A DNA stretch of 64,000 nucleotides from an uncultured Sulfitobacter sp. (lineage in GTDB: Bacteria > Pseudomonadota > Alphaproteobacteria > Rhodobacterales > Rhodobacteraceae), in contig CAXMWW010000032.1 in assembly GCA_963422245.2 (NCBI GenBank), positions 181,500 to 245,499 of the forward strand. Direction: 5' to 3'. The position numbers and the translations under genes are program-made. Positions 11,996-20,312 of this stretch are shown here, one piece after another. The notes beneath the pieces are model-generated. The model did not search any database. It was not told the origin of the DNA and was given only the letters and a program-made list of their open reading frames with translations. Each line of letters begins with the position of its first letter. Within the stretch, counting starts at the first letter, position 1.

Positions 11996-12046
11996 GTAGG
12001 GTGGGCGGTGCGCCCACCTTACGTAAGGTGGAGGCCTCCTCCACCC
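11996..12046. repeat. Two REP-like palindromes after katG
   Basis: GTAGGGTGGGCG-GTG-CGCCCACCTTAC and GTAAGGTGGAGG-CCT-CCTCCACCC. Confidence 0.7.
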
Positions 12047-12063
12047 TCTGCTTTGAATAAGGA

Positions 12064-12090
12064 GGGCAGCGCTGCGGTGCTGCCCTTTTT
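12064..12090 (+). terminator. Intrinsic terminator of katG
   Basis: GGGCAGCGC-TGCG-GTGCTGCCC followed by TTTTT. Confidence 0.7.
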
Positions 12091-12236
12091 CTTTGACAGC
12101 CGCGTGGGGTCAGGCGCAGTCTTGGCTCATGGAATCAGCCGTCAAGGATATGGGCCGCAGGGCCACGGGGTGTGATCTGGTCACCTGAAGGGCACGCACG
12201 CCCGATCCTGCCCACCCTGACCGATTGCGAACTTCC

Positions 12237-14318
12237 ATGACCACTTCACCCAAGCTACGGCTTGCCGTCGACATTGGCGGCACCTTCACCGATACCGTGC
12301 TGGCGCGCGGCACTGATCTGTTGACTGCCAAGACGGCGACCACACCCACCAACCCCACCCGGGGTGCGCTGGACGGGGTGCGGGACGTGCTTGGCCAGGC
12401 CGATGCCGCTTGGGCGGATATCGAAGGCTTTATCCACGGCACCACGCTGGCCACCAATGCACTGATTGAGCGGCGCGGCGCACGGGTGGCGACGATCACC
12501 AATGCGGGCTTTCGCGACATTCTGGAAATCGCCTACGAGCGGCGCTACGCCCAGTATGACATCGACCTGGTCAAGCCGGACCTGATCGTGCCTCGCGCCC
12601 GGTCCTTTACCATCGCAGGGCGCATGAACGTGGCGGGGGAGGAACTGGAACCGCTGGATCTGGCCGCCGTGCCTGCGCTGGTTGAGGCCCTGCGTGGATG
12701 CGGGGCAGAGGCGGTGGCAGTTTGCCTGCTGCATGCCTATGCCAACCCGGCCCATGAGTTGGCCTTGAGGGAGGCTCTGGCACAGGCTTTGCCGGGTATT
12801 GCGGTTTCTTTGAGCCATGAGGTCAGCCCTGAGGCCCGGGAATTCGACCGGCTCTGCACCACCATTGCCAACGCATATGTGCAGCCTCTGATGGCCCGCT
12901 ATCTGGCTGATCTGGAGGCGCAATTCCGCCATGAAGGTCTAACCTGCCCAATCCTCATGATGACGGCAGGCGGCGGTATGACCACGCTTGAGACCGCAGC
13001 CCGTCTGCCGATCAGGCTGGTGGAATCCGGCCCCGCAGGTGGAGCCATTCTGGCGGCGCGCATGGCGCGTCAGGCGGGTGAAGACGAAGTGCTGTCCTTC
13101 GATATGGGCGGCACCACGGCAAAGCTGTGCCTTATCGATCAGGGCCGCCCGCAAATGGCGCGACGGTTTGAGATCGCGCGGGCCGAGCGGTTCATCAAAG
13201 GCTCCGGCATGCCGGTGCGCATCCCGGTGCTGGAGATGATCGAGATTGGTGCGGGGGGCGGGTCCATCGCCGCTGTGGACCGGCTGGGTCGTCTGACTGT
13301 GGGGCCACAGAGCGCGGGGGCGGAGCCGGGGCCTGCCGCCTTTGGCAAGGGCGGGGTGGAAGCGACGGTGAGTGATGCGGACATCGTGTTGGGCTACATC
13401 CAGCCAGCCTATTTTGCTGAAGGGCGGTTGCAGATCGATCCCGAAGCCGCCGGGCAGGCGCTGGATCGCTCCGTTGGGCAGGTGCTGCGGATAAAGCCGG
13501 TCGAGGCCGCGCAAGGCATCAGCGCCATCGTTGACGAAAGCATGGCCAGTGCAGCGCGCATGCATGCGGTGGAGTCAGGCAAACAAGCCGAAACGCGGCT
13601 GATGATCGCCTTTGGTGGCAACGGACCATTGCATGCCACGCGGCTGGCGCGGCGGGCTGGGGTGAAGCGCATTTTGATTCCGCGCGATCCGGGCGTGGGC
13701 TCTGCCGTTGGTTTTTTATATGCGCCGGTGTCGTTCGAGATCGTCCGCTCACGCCACACGATGCTGGAAGGGTTGGAGGTTGAGACGGTGAACGGCTTCC
13801 TCAATACCATGGTTGATGAAGCCACCGATGTTGTCAGGGAGGGTGCGCCGGGGGCGCACCTTACGGTCCGGCGGCAGGCCTTCATGCGCTATCACGGGCA
13901 GGGGCATGAGATTGAAGTGAGCCTGCCGGAGGGTGAGCTGGACGCAGGCGCGCTGGCCCGGATGTTGGCGGATTTTGAGGCGGAATACGCCCGCCAGTTC
14001 AGCCGCGCGGTGCCGGGTATGCAGATCGAAATCCTGAACTGGGCGGTTCAGGTATCGTCGCCCGCACCGCCACATGACGATACGCTCAAAGCCGATGAGG
14101 CATCCCACGTGGAAGCACAAGGCACGGCTGAAATGACCTGTGATGTGACGGGGGAAAATGTTGCAGCAGCCATCTACGAGCGAGCGCTTCTTATACCGGG
14201 GGCAAAGATCATAGGGCCTGCGCTGATCGTGGAGCCGCAGACCACCACGCTGGTGAGTGCGGACTTCACCGCCCGACTTGATGGCGCGGGCAACATCATC
14301 ATGGAGCGCATCGCATGA
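12237..14318 (+). CDS. Hydantoinase/oxoprolinase subunit A (N-methylhydantoinase A-like)
   Basis: DIGGTFTD, HGTTLATNA, ESGPAGG, DMGGTT, IEIGAGGGS. Confidence 0.92.
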   Translation: MTTSPKLRLAVDIGGTFTDTVLARGTDLLTAKTATTPTNPTRGALDGVRDVLGQADAAWADIEGFIHGTTLATNALIERRGARVATITNAGFRDILEIAYERRYAQYDIDLVKPDLIVPRARSFTIAGRMNVAGEELEPLDLAAVPALVEALRGCGAEAVAVCLLHAYANPAHELALREALAQALPGIAVSLSHEVSPEAREFDRLCTTIANAYVQPLMARYLADLEAQFRHEGLTCPILMMTAGGGMTTLETAARLPIRLVESGPAGGAILAARMARQAGEDEVLSFDMGGTTAKLCLIDQGRPQMARRFEIARAERFIKGSGMPVRIPVLEMIEIGAGGGSIAAVDRLGRLTVGPQSAGAEPGPAAFGKGGVEATVSDADIVLGYIQPAYFAEGRLQIDPEAAGQALDRSVGQVLRIKPVEAAQGISAIVDESMASAARMHAVESGKQAETRLMIAFGGNGPLHATRLARRAGVKRILIPRDPGVGSAVGFLYAPVSFEIVRSRHTMLEGLEVETVNGFLNTMVDEATDVVREGAPGAHLTVRRQAFMRYHGQGHEIEVSLPEGELDAGALARMLADFEAEYARQFSRAVPGMQIEILNWAVQVSSPAPPHDDTLKADEASHVEAQGTAEMTCDVTGENVAAAIYERALLIPGAKIIGPALIVEPQTTTLVSADFTARLDGAGNIIMERIA

Positions 14319-15958
14319 CCCATTCCCAGACCGACTACCAAGTGATGTGGAACCGTCTTTTGGCGGTGGTGGAAGAGCAGGGACAGGCGCTGATCCGTGC
14401 GGCCTTTTCGCCGATTGTACGGGAGTGTGGCGACATCTCTGCCGGGATTTTTGACCTGCAGGGCCGGATGCTGGCGCAGGCCGTGACAGGCACGCCAGGG
14501 CATATCAACACAATGGCCGAGGCGGTCAAAACCCTGCGCGCGCGGTTTTCGTTGCAAGAGATGAAGCCGGGCGACATCTACATGACCAACGACCCCTGGA
14601 TCGCGTCGGGGCATCTGAACGACTTCCTGCTGATGATGCCTGTGTTTCATGAAGGGGCCGTGGTGGGCTTCACCTCATGCACCTCGCACCTGGTGGACCT
14701 AGGCGGGCTCGGCATGGGGCCCGAAGGATCGGACATCTATGACGAAGGCCTGTTGATCCCGCCTTGCAAGCTGGTGGATGCGGGCGAGGTGAATGCACTG
14801 CTTATGGATATCGTGCGCGCCAACAGCCGGGAACCTGTGGCGAATGAGGGTGACATCTATGCTCTGATCGCCTGCTGCGAGGCGGGTGCGCAGCGATTGT
14901 CTGGAATGATGGCGGAATTCGGTCTGGACGACCTGGGGCCACTGGCGGAGCATATTATTGAGACCTCGCGCAAGGGTACTTTGGCGGAGATCGCGGCCCT
15001 GCCGAAGGGGGTTTACCTCAACACGCTGGTGATCGATGGCGACGATGCGCCGATCACGTTGCGGGCGGCGTTGACGGTGGCCGAAGATCACGTCGAGCTA
15101 GATTTTGACGGCACGGATGGGTTGAGCCCCAAGGGCATCAACGTGCCGCTGAACTATGCCACGGCCTATTCTGTCTTTGCCCTGCGCTGCCTGATTGGCG
15201 CGGATATTCCCAACAATGCCGGGTCCCTGGAACGCTTCCGGGTGGTGGCCCCTGACAATTGTATTCTGAACGCATTGGCCCCCGCGCCGGTGGCCATGCG
15301 CCACACCATTGGGCAGATGACGCCTGATCTGGTTTACGGCTGTCTGGCTCAAGCCCTGCCGGATCGTGTGCCTGCGGAAGGGGCGTCCTGCATGTACGAT
15401 CTGCCCCTGCGTCATACGCCGGAGGCCGTTGCCCGCGGCGATACGGAATTTGCTTTGGAATTGGTGTTTTCTGGTGGCACAGGCGCACGACCGGGGTTGG
15501 ACGGCTTGTCGGCCACGGCGTTCCCCTCTGGCGTTTGGGGCTCGCAAGTGGAGACAACGGAGGCGGCTGCCCCGGTGCTGATCACTCGGCGAGAGCTGCG
15601 CGTGGACAGTGGGGGTGCAGGCCGGATGCGCGGCGGTTTGGGTCAGCGAATCGAGATGGAGAGCGCCAAGGGCGAGGACTTGATGCTGTTCTTGTCGGTT
15701 GAGCGGGTGGATGCGCCCGCTGCGGGGCGTGATGGCGGGGCTGCGGGGGCTGCAGGGCGCATCCGTTTGGGAGAACGGGACCTTCCGGGCAAAGGTGTCG
15801 TGCGCATCCCGGCAGGCGAGCGGCTGATCTTTGAGACCCCGGGCGGCGGGGGCTTTGGCAATCCGGCTGCGCGCGCGCCGGAGGCTTTGGCCACCGATCT
15901 TGAAGACGGGCTTGTGAGCCGCGATGCTGCGCGCGACATCTATGGGGGCAAGCTATGA
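14315..15958 (+). CDS. Hydantoinase/oxoprolinase subunit B
   Basis: AFSPIVRECGD, NDPWIASGHLND, SHLVDLGG, ETPGGGGFG; ATGA overlap with subunit A. Confidence 0.92.
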   Translation: MTHSQTDYQVMWNRLLAVVEEQGQALIRAAFSPIVRECGDISAGIFDLQGRMLAQAVTGTPGHINTMAEAVKTLRARFSLQEMKPGDIYMTNDPWIASGHLNDFLLMMPVFHEGAVVGFTSCTSHLVDLGGLGMGPEGSDIYDEGLLIPPCKLVDAGEVNALLMDIVRANSREPVANEGDIYALIACCEAGAQRLSGMMAEFGLDDLGPLAEHIIETSRKGTLAEIAALPKGVYLNTLVIDGDDAPITLRAALTVAEDHVELDFDGTDGLSPKGINVPLNYATAYSVFALRCLIGADIPNNAGSLERFRVVAPDNCILNALAPAPVAMRHTIGQMTPDLVYGCLAQALPDRVPAEGASCMYDLPLRHTPEAVARGDTEFALELVFSGGTGARPGLDGLSATAFPSGVWGSQVETTEAAAPVLITRRELRVDSGGAGRMRGGLGQRIEMESAKGEDLMLFLSVERVDAPAAGRDGGAAGAAGRIRLGERDLPGKGVVRIPAGERLIFETPGGGGFGNPAARAPEALATDLEDGLVSRDAARDIYGGKL

Positions 15959-16704
15959 GTGACTATCCGTCGCGGGGTCGGGCGCGCTTTGGTGTACTGG
16001 TGCCATTTACAAACTCAAACCTGGAGCAGGATTTCGCCTTGCTGCGGCCCGAAGGCGTTTCGCTGCATTACGCGCGGCTTGGCGGGTATGACCGTGACGA
16101 GATCCCGGACGAGACGCAGATGCAGGGGCTGGGGGCTGCGGATATGGAGGCCGAGTTGGAGATGATCGCAGGCGTGCGTCCGGATGTGGTGTTCTATGGC
16201 TGCACCTCTGCCACGCTGACCCACGGGGTGGCCTTTGACCGCGATCTGGCAGCACGCATCAAGCGGGACACGGGGGCTGCAACGGTGACGGCGGCAGGCG
16301 CTTTGGTGAACGCCTTGCGCGCGGTAGGGGCCACGCGGATCGGCTTCGCCTCGCCTTATGTGCCTGCGATCAATGACATGGCGATTGCGTTCTTGGCCTC
16401 AGAAGGTGTTACGACCGTGACCCGTTCAGAGGTTGAAGAGAGGCTTGATAATGACGGGCAGGGGGCGCTGACACCGGAACGGGTGTTTGAGTTGGGACGT
16501 GCTGCGGATCACGCAGAGGCGGAGGCCGTGGTGCTGTCGTGTACCGACATGCGGTCGGTTGAAACCGTCGCGGCGCTGGAACAGGCGCTGGGCAAGCCGG
16601 TGATCACCTCCAACCAGGCAATGATGCTGCAAGGAATGCAGTTGGCGGGGATTGATGATGCTGTTCCGGGGTATGGCGCGTTGCTGGAAAGGCGGTTTGG
16701 ATGA
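15955..16704 (+). CDS. Asp/Glu racemase - maleate isomerase family protein
   Basis: GVLVPFTNSNLE, YGCTSA, LSCTDM, TSNQA. Confidence 0.87.
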   Translation: MSDYPSRGRARFGVLVPFTNSNLEQDFALLRPEGVSLHYARLGGYDRDEIPDETQMQGLGAADMEAELEMIAGVRPDVVFYGCTSATLTHGVAFDRDLAARIKRDTGAATVTAAGALVNALRAVGATRIGFASPYVPAINDMAIAFLASEGVTTVTRSEVEERLDNDGQGALTPERVFELGRAADHAEAEAVVLSCTDMRSVETVAALEQALGKPVITSNQAMMLQGMQLAGIDDAVPGYGALLERRFG

Positions 16705-17660
16705 CGAAGGTTCTGCTGCACAACGACCGGACGGCGCATTTGCAAGGCTGGTTGGAAGAGGCTGGTTCGGGGGTGGAGGTATCCACGTGTGAGACCCACG
16801 CGGGGATGGCAGCAGCATTGGAGACGTTTAAGCCCGACGTGGTCTTTTCCATTCGTTTTGCGGGGGAGGGGTTCCCGACCGAGGCGCTTTTGGGGCCGCA
16901 CGGGCCACGCTGGCTGGCCAACGGCGGCTCTGGTACAAACCACTTGGGCGTCTGGGATGGCACCCGGGTCACGGTGACCAACACGGCGGGTGTCGCGGCG
17001 GACATGATGGCGGAGTACATCCTGGGCGGCTTTTTGCACTTCACGCTGGATGTGCCGGGGTTGCGGGCGGATCAGGCCGCACGCCGCTGGGACACACGGC
17101 GCATGGTGCGGCCGCTCAGCGGTAAGACGCTGCTGATTGTGGGGCTTGGCCATACGGGGCGGTCGCTGGCCGCGCGGGCGCAGGCCTTTGGCATGAAGGT
17201 GCTGGGCACGCGGGCACGGGTACAGCAAACCGCCCATGTCGACGAAGTCTTTGCTGCAGATGACCTGCTGGAGGCGCTACCGTGCGCGGACTTCGTGGCC
17301 GTGGCGACGCCTTTGCTGCCTTCCACGCGCGGGCTTTTGGGGCAAGCGGCCTTTGCGGCGATGAAACCCGGTGTCGTGATTGCCGATGTGTCGCGCGGTG
17401 GCGTGATTGATCACGCAGCGCTGCTGGGGGCTTTGGCGGAGGGCCGGGTCGCGGGAGCCGCGTTGGATGTGTTTGAGACGGAGCCTCTGCCGGAAAGCAG
17501 TCCGCTTTGGGATCAGCCGAACGTTTTGATCTCGCCCCATTGTTCGTCGGTGCATGCGGATTGGGAGGCGGCCTCCTTCGAGGTGTTTCTGGACAATCTG
17601 CGACGTTGGGAAGCGGGGGAGCCGTTGCAGAACGTGGTGGACCCGGTGCGCGGTTACTGA
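16701..17660 (+). CDS. D-2-hydroxyacid dehydrogenase family protein
   Basis: VGLGHTG Rossmann motif, SRGGVID, LDVFETEPLP, ISPH. Confidence 0.9.
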   Translation: MTKVLLHNDRTAHLQGWLEEAGSGVEVSTCETHAGMAAALETFKPDVVFSIRFAGEGFPTEALLGPHGPRWLANGGSGTNHLGVWDGTRVTVTNTAGVAADMMAEYILGGFLHFTLDVPGLRADQAARRWDTRRMVRPLSGKTLLIVGLGHTGRSLAARAQAFGMKVLGTRARVQQTAHVDEVFAADDLLEALPCADFVAVATPLLPSTRGLLGQAAFAAMKPGVVIADVSRGGVIDHAALLGALAEGRVAGAALDVFETEPLPESSPLWDQPNVLISPHCSSVHADWEAASFEVFLDNLRRWEAGEPLQNVVDPVRGY

Positions 17661-17732
17661 GCGGCGTAGATTGCAATGCTGGACGGGACCCCGCGCGTGA
17701 TCCTGGGATGAGCAAAGGCCAGTATTGCGGGC

Positions 17733-17770
17733 AGACACCGCTATGTGGACGCGTCTACGTGGCGGTGTCT
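17733..17770. repeat. 38 bp palindrome family, copy A (imperfect)
   Basis: AGACACCGC-TATGTGG-ACGCGT-CTACGTG-GCGGTGTCT; mismatches are all G-T pairs. Confidence 0.85.
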
Positions 17771-17851
17771 ATTGGGTAAGGCGCGTTGCGAAATCCCAAA
17801 AATCTCAATTTATCAGATGATTACGGCCATACTTCTGCGGCTAGTCTAAAC

Positions 17852-17891
17852 CATACCCTGCTGTGTAGACGCGTCTACACAGCAGGGTATG
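17852..17891. repeat. 40 bp perfect palindrome, copy B
   Basis: CATACCCTGCTGTGTAGACGCGTCTACACAGCAGGGTATG equals its reverse complement. Confidence 0.9.
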
Positions 17892-18179
17892 TCGGTGTTG
17901 ACACCCAACACCAAAGGCCCCGCCCGGAAGGTCCCGGCAGGGTGGATCGGCTCATCAAGAATGCGGGGAAGCCAAAGCAAAAGAAGCGGCGCCGCTTGTC
18001 GGATATCATCGAGATGGGCCAAGGCCCACCATCCTGAATTCAAGACGGCGCAGTGCTTCGCGCCTCTGATCCTATGGTGCCGGAAAGGTGCTTTATACCG
18101 GCGATGTAGCTACGGTGGCGGGTTCTAACCGTTCGCGGTAAACCACGCGTAGCACCAGCGCGCGCAAGGCACAGGCATC

Positions 18180-19712
18180 ATGCAACAGTTCGACTTCATT
18201 GTGATCGGGGCAGGCTCAGCCGGGTGTGCGGTTGCAGGGCAATTGGCGCGCGCGCACCTCGGCACGGTTGCGGTGTTGGAGGCGGGGCCAAGTGACGCCG
18301 CACCGCAGGTTAAAGTGCCCTTCGGATTGCTGTTCAGCATGGGAAGCGGACGGGATTGGCGGTTCCAGACAGCCCCGCAGTCAGGGGCTGCCGCGCGCGC
18401 GGTCAAAGTGCCGCGCGGGCGCATGATCGGCGGGTCATCGTCGATCAATTCCATGGTCTGGTTTCGCGGGCGGTCAGACGATTTCGATGGCTGGCAAGTG
18501 CCCGGCTGGTCCTGGGATGAGGTTGCGCCTGCCTTTGAGGAAGTCGAGGCCGTGATTACGCCGCAGCGCCTGCCGGATCCGCATCCGCTCTCTGAAAGGT
18601 TTGCGCGTGCTTTGGGCGACAATGGCCAGGCGCCACCCACGCCGGAGCGGGAAAGTGCGGGCGTCTTTGAGGTCAACATGCGGCGCGGGCGGCGCTGGTC
18701 GGCGGCGGATGCCTTTCTGCGCCCTGCGTTGGCGACGGGCCGGGTGGACGTGATCACCGGAGCCGTCGTGGACCGGATCGGGCTGAAGGATGGGGCGGCG
18801 CGCGTGGTCCACCTTGTGGGTGGGCGTACCCTGCAGGCCCGGCGCGGCGTGGTGCTGAGCGCGGGCAGTCTCGCCTCGCCTGCGATCCTGATGCGGTCGG
18901 GGTTGGGGCCTGCTGACCATTTGCAGGACCTTGGCATTGAGGTGCTTCGCAATATGCCAGGCATCGGGGCCAATTTGCATGACCATCCGGCCGTGGGGCT
19001 ACATCATGCGGGTCCACGTTCGGGCTATGGGCTGACGTTGGACCAACTGCCGCGCTGGGCGTGGTCGCCTTTTGACTGGCTCTTGCGCCGCAAAGGGCGG
19101 ATGACGTCGAACTTCGTCGAGGCCAGCGCGTTCTTCCGCGCGGCCCCCGTGGGGGCTGATGGGGATGAACGGCCGGACTGTCAGGTGCATTTCATCCCCT
19201 ACATGATGGGCTATCAGGGGCGGCAGATCGTGCCGGGATCGGGCTACTTCGCGGATGTCTGCGTGTGTCGACCGACGTCGCGTGGGGCGTTGCGGCTGAG
19301 CGCCGCTGATCCCAACGTTGCCCCCGAAATTGACCTTGGGCTGTTCAACGACCCCGCAGACCTGGACATCCTCACCAGCGGGTTTCTGCGCCTGAGACAG
19401 ATCCTCGCCACCGCCCCGTTTGAGAGCCGCGCGGCACCGGAGGCCTATCCCGGCACCGCAGTCACAACCCGGGACGAGGTGGCAGACTACATCCGCACCC
19501 ATTGCGGAACGGCTTATCATCCAGTGGGTACGCTCTCGATGGGGGAGGGTGGTCCGGTTGACGCGGGGCTTGCGCTCAAAGGCATAGAGGGGTTGTGGAT
19601 TGCCGATGCCTCTGTGATGCCTCAGGTCACTTCCGCCAATACCAATGCGCCTTCGATGATGATCGGCTATCGCGCCGGGGGGCTGATTGCTGAGGCTGTG
19701 AAAGCGGGCTGA
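18180..19712 (+). CDS. GMC-family FAD oxidoreductase (choline dehydrogenase-like)
   Basis: GAGSAG, PRGRMIGGSSSIN, GANLHDHP, YHPVGT, DASVMP, NTNAP. Confidence 0.9.
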   Translation: MQQFDFIVIGAGSAGCAVAGQLARAHLGTVAVLEAGPSDAAPQVKVPFGLLFSMGSGRDWRFQTAPQSGAAARAVKVPRGRMIGGSSSINSMVWFRGRSDDFDGWQVPGWSWDEVAPAFEEVEAVITPQRLPDPHPLSERFARALGDNGQAPPTPERESAGVFEVNMRRGRRWSAADAFLRPALATGRVDVITGAVVDRIGLKDGAARVVHLVGGRTLQARRGVVLSAGSLASPAILMRSGLGPADHLQDLGIEVLRNMPGIGANLHDHPAVGLHHAGPRSGYGLTLDQLPRWAWSPFDWLLRRKGRMTSNFVEASAFFRAAPVGADGDERPDCQVHFIPYMMGYQGRQIVPGSGYFADVCVCRPTSRGALRLSAADPNVAPEIDLGLFNDPADLDILTSGFLRLRQILATAPFESRAAPEAYPGTAVTTRDEVADYIRTHCGTAYHPVGTLSMGEGGPVDAGLALKGIEGLWIADASVMPQVTSANTNAPSMMIGYRAGGLIAEAVKAG

Positions 19713-19801
19713 GTTCGCCCGCGCGTGATTGATGTTCGCGAACGGGACGGACGGGTTTGCCCCGGTTGCCAGACTGAGCCTGTCGGCAAAGGAGATATGC
19801 C

Positions 19802-20190
19802 ATGAAGGGAAGTTGTCTGTGTGGGGCGGTGATCTATGAGGTCACTGGCGAGCTGCGGTCCGTTGTCGGGTGCCACTGCGCGCAGTGTCGCAAGACGAGC
19901 GGTCACTTTGTAGCGGCGACGCAGGCAAAGAATGCTGACCTGCTGGTGGCGGGCGGCGATGCGCTAAAGTGGTATCGATCCTCTGAAACGGCCGAGCGCG
20001 GGTTTTGTGTGCTCTGGGGTCTTCGCTGTTCTGGCGAAGGGTCGGGGCGGATGAGACCTCGATTATGGCAGGAACGCTGGATGGGCCGACAGGCTTGCAG
20101 ATGGACCGGCAGCTCTATCCGGAGGACAAGGGCGACTACTACGATCTGCCGAAAGCGGAAGTGGTGCCGCAGTCTTCTCTGACCGAATAG
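19802..20190 (+). pseudogene. GFA (glutathione-dependent formaldehyde-activating) family protein with a 1-bp frameshift near 20015
   Basis: GSCLCG, CHCAQCRK, RGFC in one frame and GSSLFWR...KGDYYDL in the next; one base missing at TGGGG where CxxC needs a Cys. Confidence 0.8.
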
Positions 20191-20312
20191 GCTGCTTTGA
20201 CACCGACTGCCCGCTCTCAAAGCCCATTTGCGCCACGCTAGGTCGCAAACCGTCTTGACCCGCAACTGGACAGAGGTGTCTATTCGCCTCAAAGCATCAG
20301 GGGAATCGGACC

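Noticed and set aside
17733-17891. Mini CRISPR array from the two palindromes
   Set aside because: Only two units with different outer arms, 81 bp apart, perfect palindromes unlike CRISPR repeats, and no cas genes
20191-20312. Glycine or other riboswitch upstream of the GcvT-family gene
   Set aside because: Region is short and lacks the glycine aptamer consensus; only promoter-like TTGAC seen
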